A stretch of DNA of 63,944 bases, the filler included, from Bigelowiella natans CCMP2755 (Eukaryota; Protista; Cercozoa), in NCBI GenBank assembly GCA_000320545.1. It is 7 parts of 7 records of this genome, joined end to end, with 100 filler letters (N's around TTAATTAATTAA, not from the genome) between each part and the next. Parts side by side here need not be neighbours in the genome. Positions count along the whole stretch, not along the records: positions 22,295 to 41,114 come from ADNK01003201.1; positions 41,215 to 48,923 come from ADNK01003258.1; positions 49,024 to 61,304 come from ADNK01003540.1; 4 more parts are not named here. One strand, 5' to 3'. Both the position numbers and the translations under genes were made by a program. Shown piece after piece: positions 36,994 to 51,190 of this stretch. The notes under the pieces are model-generated. The model ran no database searches. It saw only the letters and a program-made list of their open reading frames with translations, and was not told where the DNA came from. Positions within the stretch are counted from its first letter, which is position 1. Every line of letters starts with the position of its first letter.

Positions 36994-39076
36994 AAGCACT
37001 CCCAGAGATTTTGAGTTTTAGGATCATTGTAATTGCATCCCCGAAGAAGGGAGTTTCTAAACGTGATTAATAATAATTAAACTGTCCTTGAAAATACACT
37101 ACATACTTTCGCCCAATGGGTTTCAAAATTTGACTCCCCTTATACAACTTTGTTTTCGAGTCGCTCCATGACTGATGTATGCAACGAAACCTAGTAATGC
37201 TGCTATATTTGCACAAGTATCATGCATTTAGTCATATCTCAGTAGTTATCACATTAGTATCGTATAATGGCACTGCTAGATGTGCATGCATGTACATTTA
37301 CATGTTATATTGTGTCCTCATGACTGCGCCAGTAGTGTGGCAATGTTTCATGATCAAGATGAAAATGTGTGGATCAGCAAGTTACACTGCGCGCGGTAAC
37401 AGACTTTTGAGCAATGTATACGTATCTAAGACTGAAGTATAGACAAAGCATGTCAAGATGTGTAATGGGGCATTGCGTGACTACCTAGCTAGCGTTCGGT
37501 ATATAAAACCTATTGTGCTGGTTTTTAATGCTAACATGAATGACCACAGAATGCGCGTTTAACGTACTCTGCTTACTTGATGCGCAATGGGAAATGTAAG
37601 GTCTACGCACACAGCATGGCTTTACACCAGAGCAGAGCAATTGAATTAAAGCTACTGTTCACGATTATTCCATCACAACAATATATTACCAGTACGGATG
37701 GATGTCGCAATCCGCATCATATATTCGTCTTTGTAATAAACTTGAAAAATATAGTAGCAAGGCAAACCACACATAGTAAAAGGCTGATAACGGTCGGAAT
37801 GAACCGACATTATGTCCAGTACATAAAGTAAAGTTGAATAATGGAGGCAACATTTCTATGGATTTGGAACAAGGTTGCAGTATAATATCAAACATAAATC
37901 TGCGTTGTGGGCCAGCGTCAGCTACCCCCTGCTAGAGTTTTATGGAGACCACAGCAGATGCCTATCATGTATGCCTAAGTTTAAACATGGACACCCCATT
38001 ATGTGCTATATCGGACGAGGAGAAAGGCTACTAATTCCTAGATATTCTTCCCTTACTTCGGCATTTGTAGAGCCCACCTGCAATCATTCTAATGGAAGCA
38101 AAGCAACTATGCTGTGCTATCAGCCAGAGGGCGTGAGTGTGAATATACCTAGTGTACATTTAGATGGCCGCTCTCCACCGCTCACACGCGTCATTGCCTC
38201 AACACCCCTTCCCCTCCCCCTCCTGAACATGACTTCCAGTGTAACACCGCCATGAGACATCGCTGAGAATCGTGGAGGGACTAATTCGACTATCATATCA
38301 TTTGAACATTGGACACTAGATTTCACATTGGTTTTGTTCACGTGCGCTTCATGTACGCGCACCATGCCAGCTCGGAGCCAGAAGGATACATGACTGGTGA
38401 TTCAGCACATCTATCTCTGACAAACATCAAAAAAATATGCGATAAAAATCCCGTTTACCTCATGCGACAATGAAATATACACTCAATTTCTATTGATAGG
38501 CACACATCCTTTCTCGAACCAATTTTGCTAATCGGTCGCTGATATGGAAATCGGCTGAATTTCGATGCATTTTATGGGAGATATAGTTCATATTTTATGC
38601 GGAATATTACCCTTGAATTGCATGAATATTATCCATCATAGATCCTATTTATTGTGGAAAATATGGAATTTGATGATATAAATGTTAACTAAATTAGCAT
38701 ATTCTTGGCTTATTTATTTTTTCCAAATGAACCCAAAAACTCAGCAAGTGAGCAAGGGACCCCCCCCCTTCTCTCCGTCTGTATTGCCAGTGCTGCATAC
38801 TCTCTCGACTCCCTTTTGGCATGTTACATATACCATAGATTATGTTTTGAGTAAAACTTAACCTCCTACACGGATTAACGAGGAAGTTAGCTATACTTTC
38901 TTTCAGGAATGGGAAGGGGGGGGGTTACTTTTACCGATTACGTCATGTGTGTCGTGTGTGTTGAGGTTTTTGTTAATCAAACGAGAATTTCGATTTCATC
39001 AGCCATGATGTTAGTTTGTAATCGACAGTTGACAATATATTTCGTTGATAACTAGCCATTCGACCGTTGAAGGGCC

Positions 39077-39694
39077 ATGTTTTCGGAGCACATGGGGGAG
39101 GACTTCCCCCCGAAAGAGCCTTTATCCAACTCCTTGGAAACTAACGACGAGGTAGAGCAATGGCAACTAGCTCCGTTTCGAATTTCAATGGAATAACACA
39201 TTGGCTTTCTTTCGATGGGCATGCATGGCCGCTCTGTGCTAATTTGCTATGCTGTCGTTTATCTGCAGGTTTTCGCTGCTAGCAAGCCGATAAAGATGCG
39301 CGTTGTGGAGGAGGAAGAGGACAAAAAAGAAGGATTTCAAATCCGAAGGGTGAATAGCAAGGTGACAACATTGTGTTCGATGAAGCAGGCCACGCGATAA
39401 GTGCGCACGTGATTTAAATCCTGGAAGAGCTGTAGTCTATGCATCACAGACTCCTACTATCGAATAACTGTCCCCACCTTACAATTTAGTTTACGCGAGA
39501 GGATCTTGTTAAAATGGGGAGAGAGAAGGTAAGAAATACGAGCAAGATACATATGCGAGAGGATTATGGTTGTGCCAAACCAAAGACGTACAAGTTGCCT
39601 ATTCGAAATTAGCACGAAGTTGCGATGAAGATGCTGGTGTTATCATCATCGTGATCGTGATCAATTTGATGCCAACTCTAATTCTCTCAACTCT

Positions 39695-39741
<47 letters not shown>

Positions 39742-40219
39742 CCTCTCTTTGTATAAACTCACCAGCTGGCGGCATGGAAATCGGATTCAAAAACAGGTAT
39801 TGCACGTGAAGTTACGGCGCTCTCTAGCCAGTAAACGAGGCATGTGGTATATTTGCCAGCGCATATTGATATGAATATATGTGTGTGTTAATATGTTTGC
39901 GTGCTTATGTGAGCCTTCTTTATCTTGTGCGTCTCTTGGCAGCATTAAACACACTTAACCTGAAGATTTCTCACCAAATCCACAAAATAGCAAATAAGGT
40001 ACTATTCTGCTTGTAACACATTATGCACATATGGTTCGACTACACACACACACACATACACACATGCATGCATGCACGCACGCGCTTGCTTGCTCGCGTT
40101 ATCGCGCACGGAAAGAAGAAACCTCCCTCTCCCCAATGTGTACAATATTAATGTAATATGTTGTCCACTCGATTAAGATTTGAACGTTAGCATTTGAAGT
40201 TATAAATCGGAAAGTAGTA

Positions 40220-40257
<38 letters not shown>

Positions 40258-40796
40258 TATCGTATTGTAGGAAAAGGCTGCTCGCGAGGTGCTGGAAGCA
40301 ACAGTGGCGGAGCTCAAACGAGAGGTGTTGATTAACTTTGAGTTTTATTCTCTCCTCTCGCCACTGGGTGGGTCGGAGCAGAATGAAGGACTTAATTAGG
40401 ACAATAAGTGCCGATGAGTTACGATAGTTGTCAGCTTAATTAAGGCACATCATACTCCCATGAGGGTCAACATCATTTGAAGATTGTGGGTGTATGCGTG
40501 GGAATTTGCGTTATATTTGAATTTGATATATGTGTGTGTGTGTGTGTTTGTGTGTGACGTGTGTTTTCCTTGCGGTGCAGATTCGTCATCTTTCTCGCGA
40601 GAAGGCTGAGTACCAGTTTGAAGTCCAAAAGCTGCTTGGAGTCACGAACAACTTGCAGGTTCATATCCCAAAGGCTACTGTTTTGCATTTAAGTGAGAAA
40701 GAGAGAAAGAGAGGCGAGAGAAGCAAGAACAACGCTCTAATTGGCTTATTATCGGTGTCGCTGTTGATAGCGCTAACAACACCTATGATAATGATA

Positions 40797-40828
<32 letters not shown>

Positions 40829-40902
40829 ATGTATCCCCCTCTTCCTCCAGGATGGCATGAGTAGACAACAAGCCCTTGTTCATCAGATGAAGAAAGAATA
40901 TG
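39077..40902 (+). CDS. Hypothetical coiled-coil protein, multi-exon, truncated by the gap
   Basis: Exon-like GT-AG bounded blocks: MFSEHMGEDFPPKE.., VFAASKPIKMRVVEEEE.., EKAAREVLEATVAELKRE, IRHLSREKAEYQFEVQKLL and DGMSRQQALVHQMKKEY. No family recognised. Confidence 0.5.
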
Positions 40903-41446
40903 GTAGTATTCCTTACGCACTTTGCTTCTCTACTCCTTCGGCCTTTGTTTCTGCTCAATTTGATTAGTTTCTCAAGGGAGAAATCATGAGTGTTGTAATG
41001 TTCCAATATATATTCTCTCTCTCTCTCTGTTCTCTCTCCCTTTCTTCCCTTCTGGTCCCCCCCCCCCCCTTTCTTCTTCGATATTGACGCATCCCCCTGG
41101 TAAACTCGTGAATTNNNNNNNNNNNNNNNNNNNNNNNNNNNNNNNNNNNNNNNNNNNNTTAATTAATTAANNNNNNNNNNNNNNNNNNNNNNNNNNNNNN
41201 NNNNNNNNNNNNNNCCTCCCCTAATGCGTTTCCGGACTTCCCAGGCCCTGCAGACAGGCGCGCAGTGAGCAAGATTGGGCCCAAGGATGCAAACAATTCC
41301 CTGCTTATCCGTTCCGACCTGGAAGCTCGCAAGCTTAATTGAGGGGTGGAAAACCATACTCCGATTTGACGCCTTACCTAGTATATCCATCTGATTATCA
41401 GCGCAAACCAACCCCTCCCCCCCCCCTCCCCACAGTAATATTATTA

Positions 41447-41556
41447 CCTGCTTGAGATAAGTCCAGACGGTGTCTTCGTTCAAAAGCCGTTTGTGCTTCT
41501 GCAGCCTCTTCACGAGCTGGTGACAATCGCCCCCTGATTGTTGTTTTTTATATAAT

Positions 41557-41612
<56 letters not shown>

Positions 41613-42409
41613 CTTCCTATGCGCGATGAGAATTCTACCTCCCCCCCCTCCCCCTCCCTCTCCCCTCTCTTTGAAGCACGCACGTAAGTGGAGGGACGAC
41701 CTACCTTCCATGTATTCCATTACTATGTACAGGCTGGAATGATCCAGGAAGGCCGTCCAATATCTATATCACGCAGAGAAGGAGGAGGAGGAGGAGGAGG
41801 AGGGAGGAGGAGGGGCATGAGAACGACGACGATGACGGTGGCGGTTTAAGCATATATTCATAAATATCAAATGTCATATTTAATAGCCCGTGGAGCCATT
41901 TCCCCCTCCCACCCCGCTCTCCCTTCTTTTTGGGGTGTACAATGGATAGAGGAGAAGAGGGTCGACGGAGGAAATCCGTGAGTTGTTGTTTGTTGTTGTT
42001 GTTGTTGTTGTTGTTGTTGATGATGATGATGATGGGGAGAAGGAGGAGGAGAAGGAGGAGGAAGAGAAGGAAGATAACCGTGTAATGCAGGGATGGCTCA
42101 GTCGCCGCAATATCATCACCTGTTTGATGGTATTGCAACGGTGATGATAATAATAATGATAATGATGATGATGATGATGACAATGGTGTCAAAACACACT
42201 CGGACGACGATCATATGTGTGCAGTGATGTGAATACTAAATGCGGGTTGCCGTGGCATTTTCCTCCCCTTTTCTTTCTCTCTCCTCCTACATCGCCCCCC
42301 CTTCCCCCCGAATCCTCTCCTCTCTCCCTCCTTGTGAGTGAGAGAGCCTGAGACCTCTTGCAAGGCTAATTTCTGCTTCGCCAATCCCAACCCCTGAGAT
42401 GTTATTCAT

Positions 42410-42453
<44 letters not shown>

Positions 42454-42985
42454 ACGCAATGTATCACATCGTGCAGCAACTCTCACGAAGAGGAGGAGGT
42501 TGGAGGCCGGAAAGATAAGCGACATGGAAAGATGCAATCGCGGAACAATGAGAGGACACGCGCTACCTTCACTTGAATTTGCTTCAGCACATAAACGCAG
42601 TGATCAGTTCGGCTCCTTACTTTGAGAATCGTTCCAAAAGAGCTTCGTGGTAATACAGGGGGGTTGGCAGGGAGCGGGGGGCGGAGGATCGAAACATGAG
42701 GACATTGAAAGAAAGACTGCTCTGGAGACGGAAAAACCAATACGATATCCATGCATGAACACACTTTCATAGACTCTAAACACTCTGCACACAAATAAAC
42801 GCGGTGAATCATTGTCGTGTGTGATCATCACACGCAGCAGCAAAGCTCACAGGGCAGCAGACCCACCCCCGTGCCAGTTTCTTGAGGCAATCAAAATCTT
42901 CAATTGCGCGACCAGGATTGCCGTAGTTAGTGGCCCCGCTGGACGTTGATATGATGTCGCCCCTGGCCTCCACCGCCCCTACAAT
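41447..42985 (-). CDS. NEK/NIMA-like Ser/Thr kinase, N-lobe exons only; the remainder is in the gap
   Basis: IEDFDCLKKLARG-SFGTILKV, VYVLKQI, ALQE-VMILRRLSHPCITR, YWTAFLDHSSLYIVMEYMEG-GD and LNEDTVWTYLKQ. Confidence 0.85.
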
Positions 42986-43115
42986 AAGTAGGCGGTGCTT
43001 GATGAGGGAGAGCAGCAACTCGTCGTGTTGTGGTAAGATGTGTAAACACACACACAAACACAATAAAAAAAAAAAACTCTCTCTCTCTCTCTCACTCTCT
43101 CGCTGTGTGTGTGTG

Positions 43116-43147
<32 letters not shown>

Positions 43148-44121
43148 AGAGAGAGAGTGTGCGTGCGTGTGTGGCTTCGTGCGTGCGTTCCCATAATCCA
43201 TCCATTACGTGAATGGTGTCGTCGTTTGATCATCCCCTTGCAGCTGGTGAACGGTTCATTTCATTAAGAGACTTGGAAAGCTATGTAATCTTTCCAATTT
43301 ATATCTATCCTACTCGGGTACTTGATGATGAGAAACCGTCTCCCCTGCCCGGCGGGGGTCCAACCCGGAGCGTTTCCAAGGGGAAGGGGATGGGGAGGTT
43401 TTGTGTATTCTTTTCCAAAACCCTCAGAACTCACGGCAATATTTTATCGAAGTAATATCTAGAGATTATTCTAATAGTATTGATAACTCGAATAAAACGG
43501 CACTCAGTGCTAAGAAGACATATGCAATATAGTCGGTGTAAATAATAGATAAAATATCTACTGTAATATTACCCAGATGATGCCCTACGTCTTTCGAAAA
43601 GCGGTATTCTATTTTACACTGCGACAATGATTAAATCCAGTCGCAGGATGGCCAACCAAAACAAGGTTGACAGCCGGCACTAATTTTTGCACATTTCTTC
43701 TGAGACCGTTATGAACGCCGTTTATTAACCGGATTTAATAGACAAAATGGCGTTAATACTTCAGGATTACACTCGATTTATGAAATTAAATCAAATTGCC
43801 GATCAGAGATAGGCTGATAGACCGTTGGCTACTTGTCATCCTCCCCGGCTCCAGGAGAAAGAATGATGATAGGGCATCAACGCTCAGCAGCGCTCTCCCC
43901 TCTAGAAAGCTCCAGCTTTGGCCGTGGAAGTCTAAGACTTGCGTTGAAGAGAAGCCGCGAGGAGGTAGGAAGTGTTCATTGCCGAGCATGGTGTCACCCT
44001 GTTCAAGCCCTCTCTCTGTCACACGTGAGCTTGCTCTGCACTCAACAACCTTCCTCTGCGTTCTCCCTCATATGTGTACGTCATCAAGGCCACCACTAGG
44101 GGGGCTGGCTATGAGCTCGCT

Positions 44122-45680
44122 ATGGACAAACGGGCTCCAACAGCAGCAAACAGGAACAGCTCGTTAGCCGGTAACAAGGCGGCCAAAGGAGAAGGCAAAA
44201 GTACGTTCTTCACGATCATCCCCAGTTCATCCCCCCATTCCACCCCCTCCCCCCTCCCCTGTTTTCCCACAATGTTCACACGTGTGATGGTTCTACAAGT
44301 ACGACCGCAAAAATACAAATGCAACGTTGGATCAGAAGCGAGGCGGCGAAAGCGCTCTTTTGATGCTGCTGCTGTCCCTCCGGCGGCGGGCCCCAAGAAG
44401 CCCTCTATCGCTGCTGCAGCAGCACGACCAGCACTAGCATCAGAAGGAAGACAACGGCAATCCAAAATTAAGTTTACGCTAGATGGGTCTGTTGTGGCTG
44501 AAAAGCCGCGCAAACGGGCGAGAGCAGCCGTGGTCAATACGACTCCGGCGGCGCGGAGGAGAAGCACCAGCAATTCTAGCCGGCTTAGTAGCTCCAAGAA
44601 GCGTTCAGGAAAGCCTCCTTCTGGTGGGCCTTCACGGATTGTTTCCTCCAGCAAGCGAAGGCGCTCTGCAGGTACTGAAGCTCCGTTGCTAATCCTGATG
44701 ATAATCCCCTTCGATCCAAGCCCCACCACACTTCTCCTTCCACCCTTCAAGCAGGAGCGAGGAGGCCATCCCTGGCGCCATCCCTTTTCCCAGCGTTTCC
44801 TAGCGTAGAGGTGGGGAGCGCCGGCCAGTGCTTGTGCCTCGGGATGGTATATGCGCAAGGCAACAATATGGGCTCGCAGGCCATGCGTGATCGACCCCGT
44901 CTCGAGTAAGTTCTCACAGAAGAGCGGGGGGAGGAAGGGAGGGGAGGGAGGAAAGTAAGAGCCTTGACCCGCGGTCTTGTTCTCCTAATGAACCCTTCGT
45001 TGCTCCGACCTCTGCTGACATCAGGTGTTTGGAGAGGGAGTTCGGTTTCGAGGTCTACACCCTGGATATTACGCACGATCCGAATGTTGGTGCCCCCCCC
45101 CCCCCCCCCCCTCCCCCTCCTCACACATCTCTCCAAAATGATGTTAGAACAAACTTCGTCTAGTCTCGGCAACAAAACTACCGATGATTGTCTAGGAACG
45201 CTGCCTCCAAGACCGTTAAGGCCTTGCCCGGCGGCTTTCCTTTAATCGTGAAATGCTCACAAAAGAACGTAATGTTCTTCTCGTCGTCCGATTGAAAATC
45301 AGATCGCTATCGTGAACGAGTACGGCACCTCGCGCCATTGTATGGCCAATTGGAACACGCCCAGCCGATTTTTCCGAGCAGTATGGAGCTCATGGTAGAT
45401 TTGAAGAAGCTCTGTGTGCGCGTGTGTGCGTGTGTGTGCATGTAGGCGTGAGCGTATCTGCTAGAGGACTCAGCAAATCGTATACTTCGTTGCCTCAACC
45501 TCAGGGCCGGGAAGGAGTTTTCTTGCATCGTCATGGATTATGTGAGGACGCCAACAGGGTAGTAGAGTACTTAGGGAGGAGGAAAATATAGGAGAAAATG
45601 ATGATCATGGTGATGATGATGACGATGCTGCCAGGAAAGATTGTCTCAATTCAATTCTCATGCCTTTGTTCATATTACGG

Positions 45681-45727
<47 letters not shown>

Positions 45728-46065
45728 GTGATACGCACGCATTGACGCAAAAATGAAGATTGATGTACTATTCGTCATCACCCTCGATATCATCAATAAT
45801 AAATAACGCCCTCATCGATCATCTCCTCCTCCTCCTCCTCCTCCTCCTCCTCCTCCTCCTCGAATAATCCCCACAGCTGGACTGCTACGCATATCAAGAA
45901 GCCTTTCTACCAACAAACGCTCCCTGATATGGCTTCGATTCTGGCGGACGAGGGGCGCATTTTCCTCCCGAATGTTCCCGGAATCTACGAGCAGATCAAG
46001 AAGACTCGCGCGATAAGGAAGAAGTACTACCACCGGCTGGGTACTGTTTCTGCCATAGAAAACGA

Positions 46066-46131
<66 letters not shown>

Positions 46132-46422
46132 CGCGCTGGTGTATTCTCATGTAATACGAAGTGTTTTCATCTCAATGCTACTGCCGTCTCTCCCCCTTTT
46201 TCAGTCAAAGCGGAAGAAAATCCCCTCTACCGAGCGACTCGGAACGCACGAGAGGCTCTTGAAAACGTGACGGGTTACACAAATGAGGTGGTAGCAGTAG
46301 CAGCAGCAGCAGCGGAAAGCTTTTTTGTAGAAGTAGAAGTAGTATAGGTGCTAGCGATCATCCTCACCTCGCTGCTCCGTTCTCTAACGGTCCGTTCTTT
46401 CCCTTCTATCCCTCCCCCCCCC

Positions 46423-46505
<83 letters not shown>

Positions 46506-47299
46506 GTGCTGCTCTTATCAAGGGAGAGGTTGGGAAGCTGTGCTTTGCAGCAGATACCACGCGGAAGCTCCCTTTCATCATGGTGAGTGATAGCGAACTG
46601 TAGTAGCGATATAAGAGCAAAGCAGCAGCGGGGAGAATGCAAGGAACGAGATTGAGAGAGAGGGGCTGGGGGAGGGAGAGAGACAGAAATACGCGATACG
46701 CAATAAAGCGACTACAACTTGGATCCCTCATCCCTCACCCTCGCCCTCCCCCCCTCTCCTTTTTTGTCGTCCTCTAAATTTCACCCAATCCTTCCACATA
46801 GCTGACAGTTCGCAGCCGAGGTGGCGAGGGGGTTAAGAAAGGAGGGAGAGAGTCCAAGAAGCAGCCCTCTTCGCCCGCTATGGTGCTACCAACAGGCACA
46901 GATGCCTCCTCACCTACTGTTGTCAATGGAGGCAAGACCGTCACTCCAGCAGCCATCACTGCAGCAGAGACAACAGCAGTAGAGCTCTTTGTTGCACGCA
47001 TGGAGGCCAAGAAGCAGCAGCAGCAGGAAAGGAAAGGCTCTTTGGCCGGAAATGAAGAAGATGATGATGACGATGACGGTCAACGCAGCAACAGTAGCTT
47101 CAGCACCGAGGAGACGCGAAACAGTGATGCTCAGGAAGAGAAGAACAACGGTAATGGGGAACCTAGCCACTCTCCTCATCCCCCCCTTGCTCTCACTAGT
47201 GCTACTGCGGGTTGGAGTAATGGGCATCGCCGCAGCAGTAGTAGCAGCGATAGCGGCAGCGGCCGGAGTGATGTTCCATCCGATGCATCGCCACAATAG
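44122..47299 (+). CDS. Hypothetical protein with a basic low-complexity N-terminus, a central Rossmann/methyltransferase-like domain and an acidic/Ser-rich tail
   Basis: Spliced core: CLCLGMVY..QAMRDRPRLECLEREFGFEVYTLD..HCMANW..FSCIVMDYVRTPTGW..FYQQTLPDMASILADEGRIFLP..ENPLYRAT. The fold call is from pattern only. Confidence 0.5.
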
Positions 47300-47614
47300 C
47301 TACATGGCTGTAAATAATACTGTGAACATGTAGCTTGTAGAAGTCCTAACTTGTCATCTGCATGTGCAGTCTCATCGCGCAGCGCACCGGCCTGCTAACC
47401 TGCGCCAGCTAGCCAGCGCTAGCTAGCTGCTATAGCTAGCAGCGCCGCATCACGTGGACACCAAAAAATCCAAATGAACGGAGGCATCTGTGTGTCTGTA
47501 GATCTACGCACTTGCTGTGGCTAGCCATCAAGACATTGCGAGCTAGCTAGCTATGTGCTAGTCCCATACGGCATGCGAAGGGAGAAGGAGGCAATTGAAG
47601 GAGGAGGAGGTTCC

Positions 47615-47940
47615 TGTAGCGCGTACCACTACGCGGGCACAAGTCACGTGCGACAACAAAGGGGTTGTCGCGGATATAGAATATAGATAACGTAGATATT
47701 AATACAGCATAGGCACGTGGGTTCCGGCGGGACTCATGGCAGCACACCGGAAGTGTGCTGCCCCACGTGCGGCGGCATTCGCGAAAGCTTCGCGAATGAT
47801 TACGCAGTGCACGATTTAATAAAAATATAATCTTTAATAAAAATAAACACAACTCTTCAAAAGGAAGCAAACGTGCCTTTCCCCCCCCCTGCCTACTTGT
47901 GCACGTAGCGCCTCGGCCTGTGAACACCTTACGCGCAAGA
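47615..47940 (+). repeat. LTR copy B (5' LTR, 326 bp), ending GA instead of CA
   Basis: Matches copies A and C by eye except for the terminal ..GCAAGA. Confidence 0.96.
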
Positions 47941-48923
47941 ACCTTTGGCTTCCACACACGGGAAACGATTTGACTAACAATGTCACAGCAGCTAGAAGAA
48001 CAGCAGGACTTTGGCTCGCAGGCCGTGCAAGGGCACGAGCAGAAACAGGAAAGGAAGGGCGATACGGACGCTAAGGAAGGAGGAGGAACACCTCCACAGG
48101 CACCGCCGGGACCAGCACCCGGGATTAAGAAAGCAGATGCAGCAGCAGAGGCACTGGAGAACTTCTACGAGGCGGACGACGAGGACGTGGCCGCCGAAAG
48201 CAAGAAGGTCGTAATGGCATTACGAGCCTTGCGACCCAGGGCGAGCAACTACGCCAAACTGAAAGTATCGATAGAATACAAGTATCAGACACATGATGTT
48301 TGGGCAGCTATCATGCAGGACATCATGGATTACGAAGCAGACTTACCTCCAGAGTGGGCAGCTTTGTTTAGGAACGACGGGGGTCTGGGCGCCTCGCGGG
48401 GGACGACCCAGAGCACCGTCAAGCAGCAGCAGCCGGTACAGCGGAACACCCAGTTCATGTCTGTTAAAACAGCACCGGTTATGATAACGAAATACAACGG
48501 GAAAAGAGGTGAGGCAAGGAGGTGGTGGAAGAACGCTAGGAGTATACTCTGCGACTTTACCCCTAACCCCACCGAAAACGACAAGCTCAAATGGCTAGCT
48601 ATAATAAAGCAAGCCATGGACCTTTACGAGACAGGCAGGACCCGGATCAGGCAGCTAGAGAAAATACACACTACAGTTAGTGGGCTACGAGACGTTGAGG
48701 CGATAATGAAGGCTTTTGTAAATGAACAGGATGCTAACTCCCTACCCCAGGCTATTAGAAAATACAGAGCAATGATGCAGCATGAGAGAGAACCTGTTAG
48801 AGACTTTGCCACGCGCTTCCAGGATATGATCGACGAACTACATGATTTTAATTACAACACAGGTGATGATCAGGCAAGGTTTGAAGAGTTCAAGTTAAAG
48901 ATAAAGGTCCACTTACGTTACGG
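47615..48923 (+). mobile_element. Same LTR retrotransposon, 5' part (fragment B): LTR, short PBS and gag, cut by the gap
   Basis: LTR 47615-47940, PBS TGGCTTCCAC at 47946-47955, and gag ATG at 47980 with the same translation as the ORF at 58467 up to the contig end. Confidence 0.95.
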
Positions 48924-49075
48924 NNNNNNNNNNNNNNNNNNNNNNNNNNNNNNNNNNNNNNNNNNNNTTAATTAATTAANNNNNNNNNNNNNNNNNNNNN
49001 NNNNNNNNNNNNNNNNNNNNNNNTAGGAAAACCTACAGTCTTAGCTTTTGTGCAATACGATGATCTGTTAGCATG

Positions 49076-49842
49076 TATGGAAAGACCAAACTGCAGGAGT
49101 CCAGGGTGAAGTCCCAGAGTTTTCACAGACAGTACTCAGTTTTAACGTCCTCTCGGACAAGCAACGAGAGCCCGACACTCCAAATGTGCTTATCGTATCA
49201 TCGGAAAGTTTTGAAGACGTTGAACATTTACAGTAAGAATGCAGCTTCGCCAATGTATCTGCCCGAAGATAGTGTCCAATGCGGTCGATCCCCGTAGTTG
49301 GAGCAAAGGCATAGCAACGAATAGTTCGACCTATTATAACTGTTTCATGTGTGCACGCTAAGAGCCGGACAATCAAATAATATCTAGGAAGTATATGCAC
49401 GTGAGACGGATGGGATCAATTCTTTTGACCCTTTTTTTTAAGCCCGCAAAAAAATAACCTCCCCCCCCCCCCCCCCCCTCCCCTCCGCCCGCTGCATTCT
49501 TAGGCAGTTACCCTTCCTCATGGATCGATACCGGTGTGATGCTGATTCGACCGAGCCATGCCCTCTCTACAGGCCTGATAAAAACCCTCGCGTTCCTACT
49601 GCACAGCCGAAAAGTAGAGGGGGGGGATGGGAAAGGGCCAATCTCCTTCTCCGAGGTCGTCAACGGACATTTCCCGCTTTGGTCTCAGTGGCCGCATCAT
49701 GTGAGAACAGCAGCATTCCAACAACAACAACAACAACAACAACAACAAAGAAGATGGCGAGATCACCGCTGCTTACTGCTGGGCATGCTGCAGAACATAT
49801 ACACGCGTGCGCGTGCTCGTGGAACATATGTATGTTGGTCTG

Positions 49843-49876
<34 letters not shown>

Positions 49877-50276
49877 CGTGTGTGTGTGTGTGAAACGGTG
49901 TTGTTTTTTGTTCTCCTTTTAAAAGCCTGAACGACGGTCTTTCCCCCGCCCCCACATCTTACAGGCCCATCATCATCAGCTTCCCGCCAGATACAACGCG
50001 TTGGAATCCATGATCGGGCAGAATCCTCTTGTGCTGCACCGCATAGATCTTCTCAGCAGGCTGGAAACGAGCGGTGATGCTTCGGCGTCGGAGCTGTCTA
50101 GTAGCGAAGGGTCAATGGCCTTGGAAATTGACATCGTTCAATTCGATAGATCTGCTGCGGGCGGGGGGGAGATAGAGCACGCCGGTTTTCGCAAGTTCTA
50201 TGAGGCCTGGCATCGGGCCAGGAACGCCGCCGCAGCCAAGTGGAAGCGGAATAAGCAGCGGCGGACGAGAAGGTAA
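49076..50276 (+). CDS. 3' exons of a hypothetical protein
   Basis: Exon-like blocks (..LIRPSHALSTGLIKTLAFLL.., AHHHQLPARYNALESMIGQNPLVLHRIDLL..EIDIVQFDR) separated by microsatellite introns, with a stop at 50276. Confidence 0.45.
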
Positions 50277-51190
50277 TGAGGCCATGGTGTGGAATTCATG
50301 ATGGGCACGATGCACGCGAGCCTCACATTGTCAATGCGCGACATGCTCATTTGCTTGCGCATCTTCTTCTTCAGCATGTCGTAGCACCGCACCGCCGTGT
50401 GTATGAGACGGTTGTAATGAAATGAAAAGATCATGAATTTTTTTCAATCGTTGTCCTGATGTAGCCATAGCACCGTGCGTGTAGCTGGGTAGGTGTGTCA
50501 TGCGGTCACAGCACCGTGCATGCTGGCATGCATGTGTCGCTGCGCATTGTCGCCTCTGTGCACATGTTGTCTTCTAATGAACATGAGCACATTGATCGCT
50601 ACAACATTCAATGAGATTGAATTGACATTGTACGTAATCCAAGATGCTTCTAATGAGAGAGGCCACACAACAAGCCATTTTCAATCTGCACGTCACGCTC
50701 TCTAGCTAGCTAGCACTACTAGACTGACTAGCAAACTAGCAGCGGCGAACAAGTGCGTGTGTATCGTACACACCATTCTAGCATTTCAATGTCATTTCAT
50801 GGCTTGCTGGACTCGTCGTACGCCAGTACGTACTCGTAGTAGTAGCATCTGGCTAGCTAGGCAACCCTCGCGCGTGCGCGTCATAGCGCAGCTGCAGCAG
50901 CATGTACATACTAGCATGTGTGCTTACTTTGCAAGTCAGCGCATATCGTAGGCCCACACAAATCTAGCCATGCTAGCATGCTGGCGGCAGAGATCTAGAG
51001 TTCCGCACGTAACCGAATATGCACCAAACCGTCAGGGCCTGTTTAACCGCGGAGCACTCTAGCACTATCGCTATGCAGGGTAAAGTATGCTTAAGTGTGG
51101 ATGCATATGCGAAATATAACAATGCAAATAAATACTGCATCAAATTTTTAAAAAATGACATTAATCACATGTTTGATTCATTTTGCAGGG

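Noticed and set aside
48901-48923. 2-nt deletion in gag of copy B relative to copy C
   Set aside because: It lies within 20 nt of the contig end and is probably a consensus error.
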